DNA from: an uncultured Candidatus Saccharibacteria bacterium
GTDB lineage: Bacteria; Patescibacteriota; Minisyncoccia; Phycocordibacterales; PALSA-1337
NCBI GenBank assembly: GCA_964495685.1
Contig: CAZBVQ010000003.1
Location: forward strand, 4,824-68,823
Direction: 5' to 3'
DNA: 64,000 bases
The translations under genes were made by a program, and so were the position numbers. This document shows, one piece after another, positions 52,993 through 61,769 of this stretch. The notes under the pieces were generated by a model. It was not told the origin of the DNA, made no database searches, and saw nothing but the letters and a program-made list of their open reading frames with translations. How positions within the stretch are numbered: the stretch's first letter is position 1; every line of letters begins with the position of its first letter.

Positions 52993-55329
52993 TTAAGCTA
53001 CGCTCTCGTCTGTGGTTCCTGTGGTCGTGTCTGACATCCCAGCAGCTTCGGTCTCTGATGCTGAACTTGAACCAAATACTTCACGAGCTTTGGAGCCATT
53101 TGCAGGACCTATGACACCTTTGCCTTCAAGGAGATCCATGAGTTTGGCAGCACGGGAATAACCAACACCAAGCTTGCGCTGGAGATATGAGGTAGACGCT
53201 TTGCCACTCGAAATGACTTCTTCACGAGCTGCCTCATAAAGATCATCTTCTTCCTCGAGTGAATCGTTATCTAGCCCCATAGCATCGAATGCGGCACCGG
53301 ATCCAGCTTCGGTGGGGGCGAGGTTGATCTCACTCATGATCTCGTCCTTGTACTGATCGATGATGAACTTGACCACTTTCTTGACCTCAGCTTCCGAAAT
53401 ATATGCCGACTGCAGACGTACCGGCTTTGCCATTTCTGCACCGAGGTAGAGCATGTCACCTGCACCGAGGAGTTTCTCAGCACCTTGTTGGTCGAGGATG
53501 GTACGTGAATCGATCTGTGACGCCACTTGGAGGGCGATACGTGTCGGCACGTTGGCCTTGATGAGACCGGTGATGACGTTGACCGATGGGCGTTGCGTAG
53601 AGATGATCAAGTGAATACCGACGGCACGACTCATTTGCGCCAAGCGGACAATTGCGGATTCCAATTCTCGGGGATATGTCTGCATAATATCCGCCAACTC
53701 ATCGATGATAATGGCGATATAAGGCATAGTCTCGGGCAATTTCGGCGCATTTTCATCGGTCGGAGACGGCTGGCCAGCAGCTTTCCACTGAGCTACGGCC
53801 GGTGCCAACACATTCTTGTGATATGAATCGATATCACGAGTACCACACTTCTCGAGCACATCATAACGGCGACTCATCTCCTTACCAGCCCACTTGAGAG
53901 CTAGAATTGCTTTCTTGGGATCAGTGATGACCGGTGTGAGTAGGTGAGGGATCTTGTTGTACATGGTGAGCTCGACGCGCTTGGGGTCGATCATGATGAA
54001 CTTGAGATTCTCCGGTGAATTGCGGTAGAGGAGGGATGTGATCACGGCATGAATCGTCACTGACTTACCAGAACCAGTCGCACCAGCAACTAGGGCATGG
54101 GGCGCTTTGGCGAGATTGGCGAAATGTGATTTGCCGGCAATATCCTTGCCCAATGACATAATGAGAGGCTTCTCGGATTCCTGGAAATCGGGTGAGGCAA
54201 GAAGAGTTCCGAGGCCGACGGTGGTCTTGGCGGTGTGGGGTACTTCGATACCTACGAGGGATTTGCCCGGAATGGGTGCCTCGATACGGATAGGGTGTGC
54301 GGCCAGGGCGAGAGCCAGGTCATTGTTCAAAGCGACGATGCGTGAGAGCTTCACACCTTCGGCGGGCTTGAGTGCATATCGAGTGACTGATGGTCCGATG
54401 GATATCTCGTCCATCTCGACAGTAATATTGAAATTTTGGAGGGTGCGCTTGATGATGTTGGCATTGGCCTTGATATCACCAGTTTCTGGTTTACCTTTGT
54501 CTTTTTCGAGCAGATTGAGCGGGGGAGGGGTGAAATCTTTGAGATAGGCGACGGGAGCAGCGGCCGCAGCAAAAGGCATATCGTCATCAGAAATATCTGC
54601 TGGTTTGGTGATGCGGGGACCACGGGCGCTCTCTTCTTGACGCTTCTTCTGTTCGGCTGCTGCACGCTCGATAGCTTCACGTTCAAGATTACTCATCGGA
54701 CCCTCATGATCAAGTGAGGCCAGGGCAGCATCCACACGCTTCTCCTCATCCTTGCCCATTTTTCCAGATTTCTTGAGTGCGAGTACACCCTGAGCATCTT
54801 CATCGGCGAGTTCGTCTGTGCGTCTCCAGAACATGAGTTGTTCCCAGGTGATGTGGAGGTTGAAGGTCATGATGACTGAGACCACGAATATAGCAGCAAG
54901 AATGATAGTGGCTGCCCATACATCGAGGATACTGACGAAACCAGCAGCGATCCAACGGCCGATGACACCACCTGCTTCAGCATATGCTCGGTGAATAAGA
55001 CCCAGTCCTGAGATGAAAAATAGGGCAACACCCACAATCTTGGTTGTCTCTAGTCGACGTTCTGCGCCTTGCAGGAATGATACGCCGAGCATAGCTAGGG
55101 CAATCGGGATCAAATAATATCCGATGCCGAACCAGCTCATGAGGAATTCGTATATATAGTTACCGAAGCCGGCCTTACCGAACGCTGCCAGGAGAGAGAG
55201 GATCATGAGCAGGAAACAAAGGAGAGCCCAAATAGTGCGCACGGTTTCATCCTTCATGCTACTCAGGAATGGAGTCTTTTTTCCGAGATCTTGTTTTTTC
55301 TTTGCCATGACCATAATCATACCATTCAA
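52993..55329 (-). CDS. ftsK: DNA translocase FtsK/SpoIIIE (TTG start)
   Basis: N-terminal TM helices, linker, motor domain with Walker A GATGSGKS, C-terminal gamma winged-helix. Confidence 0.9.
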   Translation of the reverse strand: MNGMIMVMAKKKQDLGKKTPFLSSMKDETVRTIWALLCFLLMILSLLAAFGKAGFGNYIYEFLMSWFGIGYYLIPIALAMLGVSFLQGAERRLETTKIVGVALFFISGLGLIHRAYAEAGGVIGRWIAAGFVSILDVWAATIILAAIFVVSVIMTFNLHITWEQLMFWRRTDELADEDAQGVLALKKSGKMGKDEEKRVDAALASLDHEGPMSNLEREAIERAAAEQKKRQEESARGPRITKPADISDDDMPFAAAAAPVAYLKDFTPPPLNLLEKDKGKPETGDIKANANIIKRTLQNFNITVEMDEISIGPSVTRYALKPAEGVKLSRIVALNNDLALALAAHPIRIEAPIPGKSLVGIEVPHTAKTTVGLGTLLASPDFQESEKPLIMSLGKDIAGKSHFANLAKAPHALVAGATGSGKSVTIHAVITSLLYRNSPENLKFIMIDPKRVELTMYNKIPHLLTPVITDPKKAILALKWAGKEMSRRYDVLEKCGTRDIDSYHKNVLAPAVAQWKAAGQPSPTDENAPKLPETMPYIAIIIDELADIMQTYPRELESAIVRLAQMSRAVGIHLIISTQRPSVNVITGLIKANVPTRIALQVASQIDSRTILDQQGAEKLLGAGDMLYLGAEMAKPVRLQSAYISEAEVKKVVKFIIDQYKDEIMSEINLAPTEAGSGAAFDAMGLDNDSLEEEDDLYEAAREEVISSGKASTSYLQRKLGVGYSRAAKLMDLLEGKGVIGPANGSKAREVFGSSSASETEAAGMSDTTTGTTDESVA

Positions 55330-55411
55330 TTAACATCGTCGCACTTTCTTGGCGGATTATTTTCTGTTTTTTATATCGCCATAACTCGATCCATTCTGTC
55401 TCTATTCTGTG

Positions 55412-55510
55412 TCATCCTTGCACAACATAATTCCTTCCTTCCAAGCATCAAAGCGCTTCGCTGGCTACATTTTCGGCTTGTCAGGAAGGAATTATGTCGT
55501 GCAAGGATGA
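55412..55510. repeat. 99-bp hairpin element: 27-bp inverted repeats (1 mismatch) tcatccttgcacaacataattccttcc / ggaaggaattatgtcgtgcaaggatga
   Basis: Lies in the divergent intergenic region between ftsK and the regulator gene. Confidence 0.7.
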
Positions 55511-55646
55511 TATGTTCCAAGCTATACACACCCCACTTGCGCACAGAACGTTTTGGACTATAATGGACACATCAAAGACATAGACGGGACAACGATTTTT
55601 GGTAAAAGACACTAGATTTTTATAAAGGACAGAATAAGACAAAAAT

Positions 55647-56438
55647 ATGGATAAAAAGGACAGAGAAAATCAGTCACATCAGAACGACGCTTTTAAGTGG
55701 AAAAACTTAGGTTTTTTCTCTGCTGAAGAATATCTTCTGTATATTTTCAAAAAGACAGAAAAAATAACTGCAGGAATTTATCTGGTCTCAGGTCTCCTAA
55801 AAGACGACGAACCAATGAAGTGGGAATTGCGTGATCATGGTATGGAGTTGATGTCATCGTCCTTTATGGCGTCGAGCAATGTTCCTGGAGACAAAAGTGC
55901 TGTCATTCAATCGCTATTCACCTCCGCACTGGAAACAATTTCATTGTTGAATGTTGCCCGTATTTCCAACCTGATTACCGAAATGAATCATGCACTACTC
56001 GTTCGTGAAATCGATAACGTGGTAGGTATGCTCCGCGATCGTCTGGCTGAAAATGCCGAAAATGCAGGATATGTTCTTTCGGAAAATTTCTTTAAGACAC
56101 CAGAATTGTATTCGACAGGATTTCGCCCAGAAAATAATTCTCACACTGCGAGTCAGTTTGATGCTCATAAGGGACATCTCAATGTGTCGAAGTCACAAGG
56201 CTCAAATATCACAAATGTTCCACAAGGACAGCCGACGGTTCAGATGAAGAAGAATAAGCGACAAGAAGCCATATTGAATGTCCTTAAGAATCAGTCCAAT
56301 CTGACTATAAAAGACTTCTCGAGAGTCATAAAAGACTGCAGTGAGAAAACAATTCAGCGTGAATTGATAGAACTCGTAGATCGTGGCATGGTGAGGAAAG
56401 AAGGGGAGAGAAGATGGAGCCGATATTCATTGAAATAG
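55647..56438 (+). CDS. putative transcriptional regulator with C-terminal winged-helix HTH
   Basis: C-terminal LTIKDFSRVIKDCSEKTIQRELIELVDRGMVRKEGERRWSRYSL is DeoR/MarR-like. The N-terminal domain is unknown. Confidence 0.5.
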   Translation: MDKKDRENQSHQNDAFKWKNLGFFSAEEYLLYIFKKTEKITAGIYLVSGLLKDDEPMKWELRDHGMELMSSSFMASSNVPGDKSAVIQSLFTSALETISLLNVARISNLITEMNHALLVREIDNVVGMLRDRLAENAENAGYVLSENFFKTPELYSTGFRPENNSHTASQFDAHKGHLNVSKSQGSNITNVPQGQPTVQMKKNKRQEAILNVLKNQSNLTIKDFSRVIKDCSEKTIQRELIELVDRGMVRKEGERRWSRYSLK

Positions 56439-57024
56439 AGCTTGGATTTGTGTCAAAAAGTCCTTTTTGGGGATCGGTTGTATACTCTATATAGATATGT
56501 CATTTTACCTTGACTTTCCTAGGTATTTTGGCTACTATAGCTCTATTGACCAATAAACCTCGATTCAAGGCCATATTTCTGTAAGAATTAGGGCCTTTCA
56601 TCGTTGCAGTATATGGTCATGTAATATCTAGTTCCAAAGTGAGGTTTTGGGTTGTCCACATAGGATTTGCGAGTGAGGTAGACAGTACGCTATAATGCAA
56701 TGTAACGAGTGTGTAAAGTCTAACTTTATGCATTCGTTCCCAATGCGTTTCAGCACTGGGTCCCGAACTTTGACAACATAACAATAGTCAAATGTTCAAC
56801 CGATCATGCGGTTGGCGTATCTATCTTTTTTATTGAGCAATCAATAATTACAGATCGTGTGTCATCCCGTTTGATCTTTGCTTTGCCACAAAATATAGCG
56901 TCTGCGTGTCGATAGCGTGGGCGGTATATGTGGAAATGTATTATCAAGTTAGTTTACAAAATCGCATTAATCCTCTTCGTCTTATTAGTAATAAAAGAGG
57001 AGTGCGTTAAATTAGAAAATAGAC

Positions 57025-58854
57025 ATGAAAAAGATTCTTATTGCTTCAGGCGTAGCCGTTGTGGCTTTCGCTTCGATTGCAGCAGCTCAGACTTTCTCAA
57101 CCAACCTCACGGTCGGTTCGACTGGTTCTGATGTTGTTGCTCTCCAGACATGGCTCGTTGCTAATGGCTTCGATATTCCGGCTATCAGTGCTGGTACAGC
57201 CAAGGGTTACTTTGGTTCACAGACTCAGGCCGCCGTCAAGAAGTACCAGACCTCAAAGGGTCTTCCTTCTACCGGTTTCGTAGGTCCTCTTACTCGCGGT
57301 GCATTGAATGGTACAGCTTCAGTTGCCTCGGCTCCGGCTTCAGCCGTCTGTCCGGCAGGGTTTACATGCGTACCAGTCGCTGGTGCCCCAGTTACCACTG
57401 CAACTCCTGGTTCTATCACAACCACAGGTGTCGCTGGCACACTCGCTGTCTCCCTCCAGGGTTCACCGTCAGGTGCTTCTCTCGACAAGGGTGAGACAGA
57501 AGATGTTGTCCGCTATAAGCTCCAGGCCGCTGCTTCAGACGAGCAGGTCACGAGTGTGTCTCTTGACTTCGATACTCGCCTCTGGCTCATGGCTGGCTCA
57601 GTCACCATCAAGGATGACTCAGGTGCTGTTGTAGCTCAGAAGACTGGCCTTTCAGCAAGTGATTTCACTGAACTCACCGTTGGAACAAGCTATCGCTTGT
57701 ACGTTCCAGTCAACTACGTTATTCCTCGCGCACAGAGCCGCTACTTTACTGTTAGTGTAACTATGCTCCCGATCTCAGATCGCAGCGCAGCTACAGTAAC
57801 TATCAGTCAGTTCCAGGTTCGTGCTGTTGATGGTACGGGAGTGTCAGACACACAGACTTGTAATTCAAGCTCTTGTGGTTCAACCCGCACCTTCAGCTAC
57901 ACTGGTAGCAACACTGGCTCAATCATCTCGACCTTGAATGCAAATTCACCTCTCAAGAGATTGGTTCAGATCTCGAACTCAACCAAGACCGAAGGTGTCG
58001 TCCTTGCCAAGTACGATCTTAAGTCACAGAACAGAGACGCAACTCTCCGTACCCTCAAGGTCTACGTCAAGACCGATGGTACGAGCGTCAACACTCTCTT
58101 CAGTCGCTTCCAGATCCAGGCAGGAAGTCAGACTTATACTGCTAGCGAGACCAATGTCAGCTCACCGAACACCACAGCTTCTTCAACAGTCACCTTCACT
58201 GACCTCATGATCCCGTTGCAGAAGGATGTGTATACAACGGTTACTGTTCTTGCTGATGTCGCACAGCCGTCTTCAAACGGTGCCCTTGATGGTAAGATGG
58301 CCTCAACTACGATTGTTGCAAATACTGGCAACGTCGCAGCTGAAGATTCAACCTTCAACACAGTCACTGTGAACTCAGTTAGTTTGACTGGTAGCGATGC
58401 AATCTTCTCAGCTAGCGGTGCTATCTTGAGCAACATGACAACCACTCTTGGCTCACCAGTCTTGAGTAACAACGTCACTGTTTCGCAGCCGGTATCCTTC
58501 ACATATACCTTGCAAGCAGGTGACAACACCTTGTACGTTGCCGCTGCCCCGACCACTGCTCTCTCAACGACCAGTACTGGTTATGGTTCAGCCGCAAACG
58601 CTTCAAGTACGCTCACTTCGGTCACTGCGACCCCGAGCGAAGTTTCAGGTGATGCTAGTACCTACTTCGTCGTCCCAGCAGGAGGTTCTCGTACCTTCCG
58701 ATGGAGTGGTCAGGTTCTTAACGATGCTCCTCGCGGAGTTGTCTTGAGAACTTTCTACGTCACAGCTGTCAAGTATGACACTGACACCACCAACCTGAAC
58801 GACAACTCGATCAACTATAACCTCGGCGCCCTCAAGGCTGAGCCAGTTATCTAG
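57025..58854 (+). CDS. secreted surface protein: signal peptide + PG_binding_1 domain + Thr/Ser-rich beta-sandwich repeats (paralog A)
   Basis: GSTGSDVVALQTWLVANGFDIPAISAGTAKGYFGSQTQAAVKKYQTSKGLPSTG is the peptidoglycan-binding domain. Shares a near-identical 614-bp block with 59603-61444. Confidence 0.8.
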   Translation: MKKILIASGVAVVAFASIAAAQTFSTNLTVGSTGSDVVALQTWLVANGFDIPAISAGTAKGYFGSQTQAAVKKYQTSKGLPSTGFVGPLTRGALNGTASVASAPASAVCPAGFTCVPVAGAPVTTATPGSITTTGVAGTLAVSLQGSPSGASLDKGETEDVVRYKLQAAASDEQVTSVSLDFDTRLWLMAGSVTIKDDSGAVVAQKTGLSASDFTELTVGTSYRLYVPVNYVIPRAQSRYFTVSVTMLPISDRSAATVTISQFQVRAVDGTGVSDTQTCNSSSCGSTRTFSYTGSNTGSIISTLNANSPLKRLVQISNSTKTEGVVLAKYDLKSQNRDATLRTLKVYVKTDGTSVNTLFSRFQIQAGSQTYTASETNVSSPNTTASSTVTFTDLMIPLQKDVYTTVTVLADVAQPSSNGALDGKMASTTIVANTGNVAAEDSTFNTVTVNSVSLTGSDAIFSASGAILSNMTTTLGSPVLSNNVTVSQPVSFTYTLQAGDNTLYVAAAPTTALSTTSTGYGSAANASSTLTSVTATPSEVSGDASTYFVVPAGGSRTFRWSGQVLNDAPRGVVLRTFYVTAVKYDTDTTNLNDNSINYNLGALKAEPVI

Positions 58855-58903
58855 TCCATCGTACGAGTAGGTTGCAAGGATTTCGGGAGAAATTTCCGTA
58901 ATC

Positions 58904-58927
58904 TGAACACACAAAAACCGCCTTCGG
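58904..58927 (+). terminator. rho-independent terminator
   Basis: aaaaaccgccttcgggcggttttt. Confidence 0.7.
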
Positions 58928-58972
58928 GCGGTTTTTGTGTTGTCTGACAATTTCGTGATATGATATCTCATC

Positions 58973-59500
58973 ATGAAAAATATTCACCTTTCTGTGTCTA
59001 AAATAATAGCCCTTGTATTTGTTATTGTGTGCATTGTGCTTATTGGGTGGGGAATACGATCTCATAGTAGTCGTAGTATAGTCACTTATATTGATCCCGG
59101 CGCTGGCATCTCGATTAGCCATCCATACTATCTGAAGCTAACTCCTGTCCCTACTGAAGAAAAGGCAATGCTATTCTATTTGGATGCACCAGGTAGTCAT
59201 GCTGCATTTGTCGGATTTATGAAAGACCATGACTATGTGGAACGTGACCGTCGTTTCTATGACGGAGTCTTATTCAAAGAACCCAATCAGACTGTTAATT
59301 CAAGGGTATCTTTTGGAGATTATACGGGCTATAAGGCTGTCGTGGATGTGAATGTGTACCGTTATACACTGTATAGAAATATCAATGCGTCCTCATCTCT
59401 CATTATCCGTTCAGAAATATCAGCATCATCGAGTCCTCAGATGGCCACTCTCGAAAAAGAGTTTATGTCGATGGTATCCAGTATTGGTGTGGACAAATAA
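58973..59500 (+). CDS. TM-anchored hypothetical protein
   Basis: 175-aa ORF between the two paralogs. Confidence 0.5.
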   Translation: MKNIHLSVSKIIALVFVIVCIVLIGWGIRSHSSRSIVTYIDPGAGISISHPYYLKLTPVPTEEKAMLFYLDAPGSHAAFVGFMKDHDYVERDRRFYDGVLFKEPNQTVNSRVSFGDYTGYKAVVDVNVYRYTLYRNINASSSLIIRSEISASSSPQMATLEKEFMSMVSSIGVDK

Positions 59501-59602
59501 TCATCGGGCTTCCATCCGGATCGTGATATACTCTATATAGGTGTGGGCATCGTTTTTATCGAGCTACTTTTTTATCGGAATCGTAATTAATTATATAGAA
59601 TT

Positions 59603-61444
59603 ATGTCACGAATATTTACTAAAATGACCATTAGTTTGGTCGCTGTATGCGCCTTGGCATCGATAGCTTCGGCCCAAAGCTTCACGATCGATCTTGGAGT
59701 TGGTGCAACTGGCACAGAAGTCGTCGCACTTCAGACGGCACTCATTGCTCAAGGATATGACATTCCCGCCATATCTTCTGGCGTGGTATCCAAAGGCACC
59801 TTCGGTAGTCAGACGAGAAATGCCGTCAAGAAGTACCAGACCTCAAAGGGTCTTCCTTCTACCGGTTTCGTAGGTCCTCTTACTCGCGGTGCATTGAATG
59901 GTACAGCTTCAGTTGCCTCGGCTCCGGCTTCAGCCGTCTGTCCGGCAGGGTTTACATGCGTACCAGTCGCTGGTGCCCCAGTTACCACTGCAACTCCTGG
60001 TTCTATCACAACCACAGGTGTCGCTGGCACACTCGCTGTCTCCCTCCAGGGTTCACCGTCAGGTGCTTCTCTCGACAAGGGTGAGACAGAAGATGTTGTC
60101 CGCTATAAGCTCCAGGCCGCTGCTTCAGACGAGCAGGTCACGAGTGTGTCTCTTGACTTCGATACTCGCCTCTGGCTCATGGCTGGCTCAGTCACCATCA
60201 AGGATGACTCAGGTGCTGTTGTAGCTCAGAAGACTGGCCTTTCAGCAAGTGATTTCACTGAACTCACCGTTGGAACAAGCTATCGCTTGTACGTTCCAGT
60301 CAACTACGTTATTCCTCGCGCACAGAGCCGCTACTTTACTGTTAGTGTAACTATGCTCCCGATCTCAGATCGCAGCGCAGCTACAGTAACTATCAGTCAG
60401 TTCCAGGTACGTGCTGTTGATGGTACGGGAGTGTCCAGTACGCAGACGGAGACCGCAGACCGCACGTTTAGTTACACAGGAGGCAACTCGAGTCAGATCG
60501 TGATTACTTTGAACGATCAAGCTCCACCTAATATGTTGGTGCCCATTTCTGGTTCGAGCGATACGGAGAATGTCGTCCTCGGCGTGGCCAATATACGATC
60601 CCAGAATAAGGATGGCGTGATGCGTAAAGTATCGATGTATGTATCGACGAACGGTCTTGCACCCTCTTCAATATTCAATGATATCAAGATCGTGTCAGGA
60701 AACTTGGCCTATTCAGCCGATTCGATTGCCAATGGTAATGCGTATGAATTGACAGTCTTCAGTAACATGGCAATTCCTTTGCCCAAGGATACAAATGTTC
60801 CGGTAGCGATCGTCGCTCGAGTCAAGCCCAATACCAATAACGCTATTAATGGCGCTGCTGCATCCACGACCATAGTTGCATCGGGTACTGCTGGTGGTAC
60901 GAGTAATAATCCAGTTGTCGAGGATGCGTCTGCCAATACGATTGACATTAATGATGCGAACATTGCTACAAGTGACATAACGTTCTCCGAAAGTGATGCC
61001 AACCTGTTCAAAGTCGCTCCTCGAGTCACTTTGGGTGCTCCTATTATCAATAGTAATACTACCGTAGCTCAGCCGGTTACTTTCGAATATACGTTGACTG
61101 CGGGTGCTAATACTCTGTACGTAAGTGCGGTTCCAGCAAGTGCTCTCGCCACTACGAGTACTGGATATGGCTCAGCCGCTAACGCTTCGAGCACGATTAC
61201 ATCAGTAACCGCGACCCCGAGTGATATGTCGGGAGATAGCTCGGGTTCCTACTTCGTTATCCCTGCTGGTGGATCTCGTTCATTTAAATGGACTGGTGTG
61301 ATGAGGTATGACCCGCCACGAGGATCTGTTTTGAGAACGCTCAAGATCACTGGTATCAGATACGGCACTTCGAGTAGTAATTTAACCGCCGAGACAGTAG
61401 TCTATTATGATTATGATTCGCTCAAAGCGGAGACGGTGTTGTAG
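59603..61444 (+). CDS. secreted surface protein with PG_binding_1 domain (paralog B)
   Basis: Same architecture as 57025-58854. The N-terminal 70 aa and C-terminal ~340 aa are diverged; the middle ~205 aa are identical. Confidence 0.8.
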   Translation: MSRIFTKMTISLVAVCALASIASAQSFTIDLGVGATGTEVVALQTALIAQGYDIPAISSGVVSKGTFGSQTRNAVKKYQTSKGLPSTGFVGPLTRGALNGTASVASAPASAVCPAGFTCVPVAGAPVTTATPGSITTTGVAGTLAVSLQGSPSGASLDKGETEDVVRYKLQAAASDEQVTSVSLDFDTRLWLMAGSVTIKDDSGAVVAQKTGLSASDFTELTVGTSYRLYVPVNYVIPRAQSRYFTVSVTMLPISDRSAATVTISQFQVRAVDGTGVSSTQTETADRTFSYTGGNSSQIVITLNDQAPPNMLVPISGSSDTENVVLGVANIRSQNKDGVMRKVSMYVSTNGLAPSSIFNDIKIVSGNLAYSADSIANGNAYELTVFSNMAIPLPKDTNVPVAIVARVKPNTNNAINGAAASTTIVASGTAGGTSNNPVVEDASANTIDINDANIATSDITFSESDANLFKVAPRVTLGAPIINSNTTVAQPVTFEYTLTAGANTLYVSAVPASALATTSTGYGSAANASSTITSVTATPSDMSGDSSGSYFVIPAGGSRSFKWTGVMRYDPPRGSVLRTLKITGIRYGTSSSNLTAETVVYYDYDSLKAETVL

Positions 61445-61459
61445 GTAAGAATTGAGTAC

Positions 61460-61487
61460 AAAAACCACCCCTCTCGGGGTGGTTTTT
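61460..61487 (+). terminator. rho-independent terminator
   Basis: aaaaaccacccctctcggggtggttttt. Confidence 0.7.
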
Positions 61488-61673
61488 GGTATGTGCGTAT
61501 AGTGCGCTATACTATGTGTGCATGATCAATCCATTCGACCGAAGTTTCTTCAAGTTCCTCATCGGATTCATGGTGATCCTCCTCCTTAGTTTCGGGGTCC
61601 TCTTCCTCGTAGGTCGCTACGGCTCATTCCTGTAATAGGTGGGGTGTCTGACTATACCAGACCACACGAAACA

Positions 61674-61714
61674 ATCTTCAGCGAATGTTCATCGATTCTT
61701 CATTATTTCTTCAT
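61674..61714 (+). repeat. 41-bp repeat copy 2 (see 48353-48393)
   Basis: atcttcagcgaatgttcatcgattcttcattatttcttcat. Confidence 0.6.
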
Positions 61715-61769
61715 CCTTCCTTGCTACGATCTGTGCATTATTGGGTTCGTAACCTCATACATGCACATG

